A DNA stretch of 64,000 nt from Pirellulales bacterium. Lineage in GTDB: Bacteria > Planctomycetota > Planctomycetia > Pirellulales > JANQPP01. Below are positions 39,193 through 48,844 of this stretch, piece by piece. Under the pieces are notes generated by a model that had not been told where the DNA came from, ran no database searches, and saw only the letters and a program-made list of their open reading frames with translations. Position 1 is the stretch's first letter. Each line of letters opens with the position of its first letter. The stretch is taken from assembly GCA_028289405.1 (NCBI GenBank), contig JANQPP010000206.1:1092-65091 (forward strand). Direction: 5' to 3'. The translations under genes were made by a program, and so were the position numbers.

Positions 39193-40779
39193 TCAGCCGC
39201 CGACGTCGGCTGTCGTCCATGTGCCGTCAATGCACCGCCACGTTTGTCTAGTGGGGTTTTTGTCCCGCAATAGCAGAGGCAGGCGGTCAGAGCGGACGTT
39301 GTCGTAGCATTGCAGCATGGCGAAACGCCGCAGCGTGGCAGGAATCCCCACGGCGGTAAACCCCGGATGGCCCGTGGCCGGATAGGGTCCACCATGATTC
39401 ATGGCAGGGCTGACCGCCACACCGGTGGGCATCTTATCGTTAAGCAACCGGCCTACACGGAGGCGCAGTTCCGGTTCCAGCCGGGCATAGGCGTCGTCAT
39501 CCTCGCCAGCGGCATGCGAATAAATACAGCCGGTGAGATTCCCTTCTAGAGATGCCAACACCTGGCCGGCTTCATCCAGGTTCTTCGCCACCACGCACAA
39601 CGAACAATTGCCGAATGCCTCGGTTTGCAGGGCAGCAGGATTGGTCAGAAAACCTGTTCCAGTGACGCGAAGGAGCGTGTTCTGATAACGAAAGCCGGGG
39701 CCATCCTGCGGTTCGCCGCCAGTGACGAGTTCCGCGCCCGCCTCGCGCAACGTCGTAATACCCTGGGCCAAGTTTTGGGCGACCCCTTGGGAAAGCAGCG
39801 TGCCGACGGGAGCCTGTTGCAAGCGAGTTGCCATCGTCTCGATCCAGGCATCCGTCTCGGGACCAGCGATCAATACAATCAGGCCCGGCTGTGTGCAGAA
39901 TTGTCCGGTGCCCATCAGGCAACTGGTGGTGAATTCCTCGGCGATTTGGTCGAGCCGTTCTCGCAAGGCGCCGGGCAGAATGACCACGGGATTAATGCTC
40001 GATAGCTCCAAGTAAATGGGCTTCCCGGCCGCGTCCGCCGCCGCCTTGAGTTTCAGACCCGCATGGCGGCTGCCGGTGTAGCCCGTGGCTCCCACGCGGG
40101 GATCGGCCACCAAGCGTTCTCCGTCCGCGTGACTCGTGCGATAGAGAAGTTGCACGGTCCCGGGCGGCAAACCGGCTTCTTCCGCGGCGGCGTGAGCCGC
40201 TTCCGCGAACAGCCGTGTGGTGCCGGGATGCGAACTGTTGGCCTTGGCGATCACCGGGTTTCCAGCGGCCACTGCTGCGGCGAAGTCCCCTCCCGCGATG
40301 CTGTTGAACGCGAAAGGAAAATTGTTGGGACCGAACACGCACACCGGCCCGATCGCGGCCAAAGCGGAACGAATGCCGGTTTGGGTATCCACCGAGGGTA
40401 AGGCCCAACTCCCTTCCCGAGCGGCCGCTGCGGCTTGGCGGAGTTGTCCCGTCGTGCGGGGCAATTCGACGTCTCCCAACCGAGGAGAGGCCGGTAACCC
40501 TGTCTCCTGATGGGCCATGCTCACCAGCGCTTCGGCATTTTGCTCAATGCACACCGCGTATTTTTCTAGGAAGTCCGACATCGCGCCGGCGGGCAAGCCC
40601 CGCAACGCGGCAAACGCCTTGGCTGCCGCGTCCAGCGCCGCGTCGCAATCTTCCCAGGAGCTTACGGGATACGTTTCAGGCAGTGCTTCACCGGTTTGCG
40701 GGTTCGTCGCGTGAAATTCCCCGCTGGCTTGGGCGGTTTTCCATTCTCCCGCGATGTACACCGGTTGCATGGACATCAA
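39193..40779 (-). CDS. Aldehyde dehydrogenase family (alpha-ketoglutaric semialdehyde dehydrogenase-like)
   Basis: 528 aa; 'CVFGPNNFPFAF', 'GYTGSRHAG', 'ELSSINPVVI', catalytic Cys region 'SCLMGTGQFCTQPG'. Confidence 0.85.
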   Translation of the reverse strand: MMSMQPVYIAGEWKTAQASGEFHATNPQTGEALPETYPVSSWEDCDAALDAAAKAFAALRGLPAGAMSDFLEKYAVCIEQNAEALVSMAHQETGLPASPRLGDVELPRTTGQLRQAAAAAREGSWALPSVDTQTGIRSALAAIGPVCVFGPNNFPFAFNSIAGGDFAAAVAAGNPVIAKANSSHPGTTRLFAEAAHAAAEEAGLPPGTVQLLYRTSHADGERLVADPRVGATGYTGSRHAGLKLKAAADAAGKPIYLELSSINPVVILPGALRERLDQIAEEFTTSCLMGTGQFCTQPGLIVLIAGPETDAWIETMATRLQQAPVGTLLSQGVAQNLAQGITTLREAGAELVTGGEPQDGPGFRYQNTLLRVTGTGFLTNPAALQTEAFGNCSLCVVAKNLDEAGQVLASLEGNLTGCIYSHAAGEDDDAYARLEPELRLRVGRLLNDKMPTGVAVSPAMNHGGPYPATGHPGFTAVGIPATLRRFAMLQCYDNVRSDRLPLLLRDKNPTRQTWRCIDGTWTTADVGG

Positions 40780-40898
40780 AGCTCCTCGTTCAGGTTGAAT
40801 GATTTTTTGCAGTGAACTTCGAATTCGCTACGACAGCCGAGAATTCGGTCAATTCACCACGATTCGCCGGCATGGCAAAACCGCCCATCACCGCGCTG

Positions 40899-41756
40899 TC
40901 AGGATTGGATGACACGATTCACCAGTGTGCCGATGCCATTAATGGAGATTTCGATGCGGTCGCTTGGAAGCAACGTGAAGTTGCTGTCCGGCACGATGCC
41001 GGTCCCGGTCAATAGGATCACGCCATCCGGAAACGTATTGTCTCTTCCCAGATAATCAATGAGGTTGTCGAATGACCGCGCCATTTGGCCCACGCTGGTC
41101 TTTCCCTCGAAGGCGACATCGCCATTCCGATGCACGGTAAGTTCGATTTCCAGGCTGCCGACGTCGGACAACGCGGATTCCAGCGTGATGCACGGCCCCA
41201 AGGAGCAGCAGGCGTCGTAGACCTTGGCCTGCGGGAGATAGAGCGGGTTTTCTCCTTCGATGTCCCGGGAACTCATATCGTTGCCGATGGTGTAGCCGAC
41301 CAAATCGAGGCGCGAGTTCAGCACCAAGGCCAGTTCAGGTTCGGGGACATTCCAAGTCGCGTCGTGACGAATCCGCACCGGCTCGTCGGGGCCCGAGGTA
41401 CGGTGGGGCGTGGCCTTGAAAAACAACTCCGGACGGTCGGATTGATACACCTTGTCATAAAAATCTTCCGCGTCCTGGGATTCCTCCATTCGCGCGCTGC
41501 GGCTGCGGCGGTAGGTCACTCCCGCCGCCCAGATTTCCTGGCGGTCCACGGGAGCGAGCAGGCGCACGGCTTCGACCGGAATAAAGGTGGCCGAAGGGTC
41601 CAAGAGAAACTTCGCCGTCCCTGCCGGATCCTCGCTTTCCAAAATGTCGGTCAAGGATCGGAATTGCCCGCTAGGCAAGAGCGGGCGGATCCCCGGATCA
41701 TCCCAGACTCCAATCCCTTCTTGGCCCGAACCCAAACGATATTTTACCAGCCGCAT
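40899..41756 (-). CDS. Fumarylacetoacetate hydrolase (FAH) family protein
   Basis: 285 aa; FAH-fold motifs 'IWAAGVTY', 'ELFFKATPHR', 'DATWNVPEPELALVL', 'IGNDMSSRDIEGENPLYLPQAK'. Confidence 0.8.
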   Translation of the reverse strand: MRLVKYRLGSGQEGIGVWDDPGIRPLLPSGQFRSLTDILESEDPAGTAKFLLDPSATFIPVEAVRLLAPVDRQEIWAAGVTYRRSRSARMEESQDAEDFYDKVYQSDRPELFFKATPHRTSGPDEPVRIRHDATWNVPEPELALVLNSRLDLVGYTIGNDMSSRDIEGENPLYLPQAKVYDACCSLGPCITLESALSDVGSLEIELTVHRNGDVAFEGKTSVGQMARSFDNLIDYLGRDNTFPDGVILLTGTGIVPDSNFTLLPSDRIEISINGIGTLVNRVIQS

Positions 41757-42230
41757 GCGATTGATTCGTGAAAAAGTGTCTTGGATTCAAGCAAGCACGC
41801 CATTAAAGCGTGAGGACCAATCATTCAGGGGTTCGCAAAGTCTCACGTCCAACCGGAGCTGAACGTAGTGTTAATAGGCCAGCGGAGCGCGGAGTTCAGT
41901 GCGTGGCTCTCCAGTGCGGGGGACGGGAATGGCGACGGCTACTGAAACGCGGGTGTCCTTGTGATGCCCGAACAAGTCTTTGTAGCCGGTCCATTTGCGG
42001 ATGACAACGGCCAGCATTCTCGTCGAAAATGCACGAGATGGATATACTGCACAATCGTCAAACTGGTCACGACACCCCAAGGGAACCCCTGGGAGACTTC
42101 GCACAGGTTCAACCGGCTTCGGGTTTCCGACGGAGCGGTCCGATAGGCATAAACAGGAAGCCTTTCGTTGTGTTGCCCTACGAATTTTATGAGTTGACTA
42201 ATATTTCCGTCGCCAAGAGGGAATTCTGCC

Positions 42231-43058
42231 GTGGACAAGTGGCTCGATAAGCTGGAACGCCGCTGGAGGCATTTGGCCATCGCCAATCTGACAATCCCGC
42301 TGATTGCCGGGCAAGTCGCCTTCTACATCATCGTGGCCATGGACCAACAGTTTTACGCGCGACTGGTCTTGATCCCCCAGCGTGTCTTCGCGGGAGAACT
42401 TTGGCGAGTTTTCACCTTCGCTTTCGAACCGCCGACGATGAGCCCGATCTTCGTGATCTTCGGCTGGTACATATTGTGGCTGATGGGGTCCGGGCTGGAG
42501 TCCCACTGGGGGACTTTTCGCTACAACCTGTATGTAATGATCGCATATGCGGCCATGCTGTTCGCGGCGTTCATTTCACCACCCGGTATGCCGACGAGCC
42601 TCTACCTCGGAAGCTCGATCTTCCTGGCATTTGCCTATCTCTATCCGAATTTCGAACTGTGCATTTTCTTCCTATTGCCAATCAAGATTAAATATTTGGC
42701 GTTGCTGACTTGGTTCTTTCTTTTTCTGTCCGTCGCACAAGGCTCCTGGCTGATGCCGTTGGCGTCGGTGGCCAACTTTTTGATTTTCTTCGGGCGGGAT
42801 CTTTTTTGGCGGGCCAAAGCGGGAAACCGCCGGATAGTGGAACAACGACGGCGAATCCGTAACGAACAGTTGCCCTTCCACGAGTGTGCCATCTGCGGCA
42901 TCACGGAAAAAACACATCCGAATACCGATTTCCGCTACTGCTCAAAATGTGATGGGGACTACGAATATTGCGAGGAGCATTTGCGGACCCATGAACACGT
43001 CGTCGCGCAACCGCCGGAAGAAGTGGAAAGCTCCGCGACGGCTCCACCTACCGTTTAA
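42231..43058 (+). CDS. Polytopic membrane protein with C-terminal C4 zinc-ribbon
   Basis: 275 aa; 6-7 TM helices; C-terminal 'CAICGITEKTHPNTDFRYCSKCDGDYEYCEEHLRTHEH'. Rhomboid-like GSG motif, but no clear catalytic His. Confidence 0.55.
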   Translation: MDKWLDKLERRWRHLAIANLTIPLIAGQVAFYIIVAMDQQFYARLVLIPQRVFAGELWRVFTFAFEPPTMSPIFVIFGWYILWLMGSGLESHWGTFRYNLYVMIAYAAMLFAAFISPPGMPTSLYLGSSIFLAFAYLYPNFELCIFFLLPIKIKYLALLTWFFLFLSVAQGSWLMPLASVANFLIFFGRDLFWRAKAGNRRIVEQRRRIRNEQLPFHECAICGITEKTHPNTDFRYCSKCDGDYEYCEEHLRTHEHVVAQPPEEVESSATAPPTV

Positions 43059-43061
43059 CGC

Positions 43062-44327
43062 CTATTCGGCGGCGGTGATGACGGTTGCTACCGATTGTCC
43101 CATGAGCGTTTGGTTCAAGAGCAGGGCCACGGGCGGTCGGCCCGTCAGTGGAGTGTCCCGGACCACTCGCACATCGCAGGCGGGATCCGGTGTTTGATAA
43201 TTGAGCGTCACGGGAACGCTGCCCGACTCCAACGCCAAGAGGCTCCAGACGAGCTCCACGGCGCCTGTGGCGGCGCCCAGATTGCCCATATAACTCTTGG
43301 GAGCGGTAACCGGGACATCGCCTAGCATTGTGCGAATCGCGGTCGCTTCTTGAGCGTCTTCCGCCGGCATGCTAATGCCATGGGCGTTCACATGTCCAAC
43401 ATCCTTGGCTGAAACGCCAGACTGTGCGAGGGCTTGCTCGATGGAACGTCCGATGGCGCTCGACATGGAACCGTCGGAAGTGGGATTGGCGAAGTGGCTC
43501 GCGTGGCTAGCAACCCGCGCCAAGGGAGTCCCGCCACGCTTCTTGGCATGCTCGGCACTCTCCAAAACAAATGCGGCCGCGCCTTCTCCGTAGACCATGC
43601 CGTCCCGGTCCGCGTCGAACGGACGCATGGCTTGCTCTGGTGTGTCGATCCGCCCGGTGAGATGCGGCCCAAACCGGAATGAAAGCGTATTGGGATTGAT
43701 GCGACAACTCGTGGCTCCGCTAATTACGACGTCGGCTTGGCCGCGTTCGATGAGACGGGATGCTTCAGCCAGCGCCAGGAGAAAGGAGACTTCCCCGAGC
43801 ACAATGGAGTTGTTCGCGGCCCGGGCATCATGGCCGATGGCGATGTGGCAGGCCGTCATGTTCGGCAGGTATTTGAGCATCCAAAGAGGGAATAAATCAC
43901 CCATGGCGTGCTCTCCCCAGCGGGCGAATTCGAACCAGCCGTCCACGAGGCACCGCCGGTAGGCTTCGGTGATTTCCACCGGATCGAAATAGATCATGTC
44001 CGCCCCGAAGACGACTCCCATCCGGTCGGGATCGGCCTGGCCTTCCGGGATGCCGGCGTGTTCCAGCGCCATGTTGGCGGCGGCGAAGCCGAGTTGGATA
44101 TCCCGCGACATGACCTTCAGGCTTTTACGCGGCCGGACATAATTCTTGGGTTCGAAATCTGAAATCTCCCCGGCGATGGGAACCGGCAGGCAACTCGAGT
44201 CGAAAGAGCGAATGACACCGACCCCGCTTTGCTGCTGCCAGACACCCTCAGCCACGGCTTCACGCCCCACGCCTAATGGGCTGATGACGCCGTAACCAGT
44301 AATGACAACTTGGGGAATTCGGGCCAT
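43062..44327 (-). CDS. Beta-ketoacyl-ACP synthase I/II-like condensing enzyme (apparent Cys-His-Asn triad)
   Basis: 421 aa; 'NMTACHIAIGH' (active Cys), 'HVNAHGISMPAEDAQE' (His), 'KSYMGNLGAATG' where FabF has 'KSMTGHLLGAAG' (His to Asn). Confidence 0.75.
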   Translation of the reverse strand: MARIPQVVITGYGVISPLGVGREAVAEGVWQQQSGVGVIRSFDSSCLPVPIAGEISDFEPKNYVRPRKSLKVMSRDIQLGFAAANMALEHAGIPEGQADPDRMGVVFGADMIYFDPVEITEAYRRCLVDGWFEFARWGEHAMGDLFPLWMLKYLPNMTACHIAIGHDARAANNSIVLGEVSFLLALAEASRLIERGQADVVISGATSCRINPNTLSFRFGPHLTGRIDTPEQAMRPFDADRDGMVYGEGAAAFVLESAEHAKKRGGTPLARVASHASHFANPTSDGSMSSAIGRSIEQALAQSGVSAKDVGHVNAHGISMPAEDAQEATAIRTMLGDVPVTAPKSYMGNLGAATGAVELVWSLLALESGSVPVTLNYQTPDPACDVRVVRDTPLTGRPPVALLLNQTLMGQSVATVITAAE

Positions 44328-44734
44328 GATCGCGTGATACCATCGTGGCGGCCCGGCGGAATTCTTTCCCGCGCTCGACCGATCTCAGAGAATTCTCAAA
44401 TGCATGAATTGAACGCGTGTGGACAAGGTCGATTTTTGCCGTGTCTACGGGCGTCGACCGGGAATGCTGCCCGTCTGGCCCGTGGTTCTTTTCGTTTTGG
44501 GTGCGATCAAGACTGCCATGTCCCACTTATCATCGCGCCGACCGTTGTATCAATATCTTCGGCAATCAAAAAGAACTCTCCAGGCTCGCGTGGCCGATAC
44601 GCCAGATGCACCGGTGCTGATCAAGCTAAGGATAATGGAGCATTTTCCGGCTTCACGGTGCTTGCACGGCTTGCAGTGAACGGGGCATATGGGAGAATTA
44701 TACTGTACAGACTGGCTGTAATGAGGGGCAAACC

Positions 44735-45931
44735 ATGGCAATCAATGGTACCACCCAAACAACGACGGACGCGTCGTCAGGCACCGCGCCGTTTTCGATC
44801 GGCGAGGCCCGCGCGATCGTGAAAGACCTGTTTCGGCCCAACATGTCCATCTATTGGGCCGATTTTCTCGGCACGATGACCGTGGGATTCATCTGCTTTT
44901 CCCTGGTCCGAAACATCCATCGCTTGGTTTCCCTGCCCGCACTCGCCTACGCGCTTTCCGGATTGTTCTTTCTCGTGGCGTCCCTGGCGTACTATCGTGC
45001 CGCGATATTCAACCACGAGCTCGTCCATTTGCGTGGCGACCGCTATCGCGCCTTCCGCGTGGCTTGGAACCTGCTGTGCGGGATTCCCTTTTTGATGCCG
45101 TCGTTCACGTACTATACCCACGTGCGACATCATATGCGGAAGATGTATGCCACTCCTCTCGACGGGGAATACTTGAGCCTACGCCGTGGGCCGCGCTGGA
45201 AGATTTTACTGTTTCTCGGTGAAAGTTTCGTCGTGCCTTTTCTCGCGGTGTTTCGCTTCCTCGTTCTCGCCCCCCTGTCCTTGATCAGCCAGCGGATCCG
45301 TAAATTTGCACAGCAGCGAGCTTCCTCCATGGTCATCGATCCCCTGTTCGTGCGGCCACTGCCCACGCGGACTGAATGGCGGATTTGGAAAATCCAGGAA
45401 CTCGCGACCTCCTTATACGTCTGGGCCGTGGCCATTTTGGTCGCCACGGGGCTCGTGCCGTGGCAATTGCTGGTTCTCGCCTACTGCACGGGCGTTACAG
45501 TCCTGTTGATCAATTCGCTGCGCACGTTGGGAGCCCACAATTACTACCACGAGCGGGAAGAAGTCAGCTTTCTCGACCAACTCTTGGATTCCGTGAATTA
45601 TCCCCGCAACTTGTGGCTGGCGGAGCTTTGGGCCCCCTTGGGACTCCGGTACCATGCCTTGCATCACCTATTTCCCTCGATGCCTTACCACCATCTGGGC
45701 ACAGCACATGAACGCCTGATGGAAAGGCTGCCCGCGAATTCCGCCTACCGGCAAACGGTCCGGCCCACCTTGACCAGCGCGCTGTGGGAGTTGTGGCGGG
45801 ACGCCTCGTCTCCGGAAGCTTCCACACCCACAACGGAGGCCGCTTCGGCGAAGCCATCGCCGGCTTACCCTTTAAAAGGCCCCAAAAGGCCGTCCCGGAA
45901 GGACCGCCGGCCCATGGCAACGGGTCATTGA
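44735..45931 (+). CDS. Membrane fatty-acid desaturase family protein
   Basis: 398 aa; His boxes 'HELVHLRGDR', 'HVRHHMRKMY', 'HNYYHE', 'HALHHLFP'. Confidence 0.8.
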   Translation: MAINGTTQTTTDASSGTAPFSIGEARAIVKDLFRPNMSIYWADFLGTMTVGFICFSLVRNIHRLVSLPALAYALSGLFFLVASLAYYRAAIFNHELVHLRGDRYRAFRVAWNLLCGIPFLMPSFTYYTHVRHHMRKMYATPLDGEYLSLRRGPRWKILLFLGESFVVPFLAVFRFLVLAPLSLISQRIRKFAQQRASSMVIDPLFVRPLPTRTEWRIWKIQELATSLYVWAVAILVATGLVPWQLLVLAYCTGVTVLLINSLRTLGAHNYYHEREEVSFLDQLLDSVNYPRNLWLAELWAPLGLRYHALHHLFPSMPYHHLGTAHERLMERLPANSAYRQTVRPTLTSALWELWRDASSPEASTPTTEAASAKPSPAYPLKGPKRPSRKDRRPMATGH

Positions 45932-46002
45932 GGATAACGCTCGTTCTGTCTCGCGATGGATATCTGCTCGCGATATTCCCTGACCATTACGAACGCTGTT
46001 CC

Positions 46003-47157
46003 TCAATTGTCGGCGGTCCAATCATAGAGCCGGTAGGTGCGCGTGCGGTGGGCGCCGCCCCGCTCCAGGCTACCCCGTGAAAGGTGATTGGACTCCAACA
46101 CCCAGGAGAACTCCGCTTCCTGAATCGCAGACTCCATGACATGAGGCACGAGCCCATTCAAGAGGACAATGCCGACGCCCCAGCGTTGATATTCGGGGAC
46201 GACATTCGTGGCGATCAGCCGGATTCGCTCGATCTTCCGTTTGCCGGAAATGAGTTTCCAAAAGCCGAAGGGGAACAATTTTCCGTCGATGTCCTTGATG
46301 CGAGGATTGAAATCCGGGAGCGTGAATACGACCCCAATCGGCTCGCCTTTGACTTCGCCCACGATGGCCAACTCGGGAATGATGAGGTGCTTCATCTGCT
46401 TGGCCATGTGTCGAATCTCTTCGCCGGAAAGGGGTACGAATCCCCACGTCCCTCCCATGGAGCGGTTGTAGATATCCAGGAACAGTTCGACTTCCTCTTG
46501 AAATCGATCGGTTCGCATGCGGCGCAATTCGATCTCGAAGCGTTCCGTGGCCGAATGCACGATGAATTCGAGCTTCTTGTCAAGCGTGGCGAGCATGTCC
46601 ACATGTCCTTCGTAGGCATACATGTCTTGCTCTTTTTTGAACCCAGCCCCCTCCACGAGCGCGGGATAGTAATCGGGATTGTAGGTCATCATGAACGTGG
46701 GAGATTTGTCGAAACCTTCGACGAGCAGCCCGCATTCATAATTCATCGAGGGATTCATCGGGCCTCGCACATGGAGGATATCGCGTTTCGCGAACCAATC
46801 TTTCACGGCTTGAAACAACTTGTCGGCGACTTCGGCATCATTCACGGACTCGAAAAAACCGAAAAAACCGATTTGTTCGTTATGCCGGCGATTGTGGGCA
46901 TGGTTGAGAATCGCCGCCGCGCGGCCAACCGTTTCGCCACTCCGTTGGGCCAGAAACGTTTGGATTTCGGCGTCCCGGTAGAACGGATGTTCCGCGTAGC
47001 CGACGAGCTCCTTTTGATTGCGCCTAAGCGGCGGGATCCACAGAGGATCCTGGCGGTGAAGCTTCCAAGGCAGTTCGAGGAACGCCTTCTTTTCGTCCCG
47101 CGTCTGGACGGACTTGACAATGCATTCGGGCATGGAGGGCAGCTCCGCGAACGGCAT
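46003..47157 (-). CDS. GNAT/FemAB-like N-acyltransferase family protein (hypothetical)
   Basis: 384 aa; C-terminal acyl-CoA N-acyltransferase-like region 'GVVFTLPDF...RLIATNVVPEYQRWGVGIVLL'. Next to KAS and desaturase genes. Confidence 0.5.
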   Translation of the reverse strand: MPFAELPSMPECIVKSVQTRDEKKAFLELPWKLHRQDPLWIPPLRRNQKELVGYAEHPFYRDAEIQTFLAQRSGETVGRAAAILNHAHNRRHNEQIGFFGFFESVNDAEVADKLFQAVKDWFAKRDILHVRGPMNPSMNYECGLLVEGFDKSPTFMMTYNPDYYPALVEGAGFKKEQDMYAYEGHVDMLATLDKKLEFIVHSATERFEIELRRMRTDRFQEEVELFLDIYNRSMGGTWGFVPLSGEEIRHMAKQMKHLIIPELAIVGEVKGEPIGVVFTLPDFNPRIKDIDGKLFPFGFWKLISGKRKIERIRLIATNVVPEYQRWGVGIVLLNGLVPHVMESAIQEAEFSWVLESNHLSRGSLERGGAHRTRTYRLYDWTADN

Positions 47158-47391
47158 GTGTGGGCTATGCGGTGCCGAACTCTAGTGTTCGCCTCGGATC
47201 GGGTCAAGCAGAACCATGGCGGCGGCGGAGAGCGATTCTCCCGGAATTTTCGCTATGAAAGCTCAAATTGACACTTTTTCCCCGGCCTGTTAGGTTGAAA
47301 GCTAGAAACGAATACTGGCAATACGTATACCGACCGAGATAAGAGGTGGCCAGCTCTCTCGGTCTTGTGACACCATGTTGGAAGGCAGGCC

Positions 47392-48750
47392 GTGTTGAAG
47401 AGGACTGCCGTGGGCCACGAAATATTCAAAGAAAGCGAATACGAAAAACGAGTGATTACGACCATCGAACGTGAGGAAGCGACATTTACCGAAGGCAATT
47501 CAAACTTTGACGAGCTGGGACTCTCGGACAAAATCCTTTCCGCCCTGGCTGGAGCGGACTATTTGCAGCCGACTCCCGTCCAAGCCGGCGTCATCCCCTC
47601 CGCCCTATCAGGACGAGATGTACTAGGACAGGCCCGCACAGGAACGGGAAAGACTGCGGCCTACGCCTTGCCGATCTTGGAAAAGCTGGTGCCCGCCCGG
47701 CGTGGCAAACGGTCTAAACAGCGGAAAGTTCAAGCGCTGGTCTTGGTGCCCACGCGGGAATTGGCCGTGCAGGTCAGCCAGGAATTTCTCAAACTGGCCA
47801 AGGGATCTTCGCTGAAGATGACCCCTATTTATGGGGGCACTCCCCTCCGCCGTCAGGTCACGCAACTCCGCGAAGGAACCGATGTCGTGATCGGCACTCC
47901 GGGCCGGGTGATCGACCATTTGGAACGAGGCACGCTCTGGCTGGACGGCTTGAAAATCGTCGTCCTGGACGAAGCCGATCGTATGTTGGACATCGGCTTT
48001 CGCCCGGCCATCGAAAAGATCCTGCGGCGGTGTCCGCAATCCCGGCAAACCTTGCTGCTGAGCGCCACGGTGTCTTCTTCGGTGCGACGCCTGGCGGCCC
48101 GGTACATGCAGGATCCGGAATTTCTGAACTTTTCGCCGGATGACATTTCTTGCGATTCGATCGAGCAGTTCTATTTCACGGTGGACAACGATCGAAAGCT
48201 CGATTTGCTGGAGCAGCTCTTCGAACGAGAATCACCCAAACAAGCCATTATCTTTTGCCGCACCAAACGAGGCACCGATAGGGTGCATCGTGAGCTGAGC
48301 CGTCGCCTGGATGACGTGGCCTGCATTCACGGGGACTTGCAGCAGCGGGTCCGCGACCGGGTGATGCGGCAGTTCCGCGAAGGCTCCATTCGTTACCTCG
48401 TCGCGACGGACGTCGTCGGCCGTGGAATCGATGTGAGTGGCATCTCGCACATCATCAATTACGACATCCCCCAGGACTGCGATGACTACGTCCATCGCGT
48501 GGGCCGCACGGGCCGCATGGGCCGAGACGGGGTGGCATATACCTTTGTCGGTCCCGATCAGGGGAATGAGTTGACCCGCATTGAAATGCGGATCGACCGG
48601 TTGCTCACTCGATCGGAAATGCCTGGCTTCGATGCCTCCCGCGTGGCCGAAGCCGTGAAAAACGATGGTGGCGAGGCGGGAGAACCAGAACCCGCCGAGG
48701 AACCCAAGCCGCGCCGGCCTGCTCGACGCAAGTACCGTCGCGCGCTGTAG
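47392..48750 (+). CDS. DEAD-box ATP-dependent RNA helicase
   Basis: 452 aa; Q motif, 'AQARTGTGKTAAY', 'PTRELAVQ', 'TPGRV', 'LDEADRMLDIGF', 'SAT', 'VATDVVGRGID', 'HRVGRTGR'; basic C-terminal tail. Confidence 0.85.
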   Translation: MLKRTAVGHEIFKESEYEKRVITTIEREEATFTEGNSNFDELGLSDKILSALAGADYLQPTPVQAGVIPSALSGRDVLGQARTGTGKTAAYALPILEKLVPARRGKRSKQRKVQALVLVPTRELAVQVSQEFLKLAKGSSLKMTPIYGGTPLRRQVTQLREGTDVVIGTPGRVIDHLERGTLWLDGLKIVVLDEADRMLDIGFRPAIEKILRRCPQSRQTLLLSATVSSSVRRLAARYMQDPEFLNFSPDDISCDSIEQFYFTVDNDRKLDLLEQLFERESPKQAIIFCRTKRGTDRVHRELSRRLDDVACIHGDLQQRVRDRVMRQFREGSIRYLVATDVVGRGIDVSGISHIINYDIPQDCDDYVHRVGRTGRMGRDGVAYTFVGPDQGNELTRIEMRIDRLLTRSEMPGFDASRVAEAVKNDGGEAGEPEPAEEPKPRRPARRKYRRAL

Positions 48751-48844
48751 CGCTTGGCGGGACCGATTTTCGCCAAGCACCGATGTCATGGGCCTGCATT
48801 CCCTCGCCGAAACGCGAATCCTAACTGTCAATCGCAGGTTCGGG

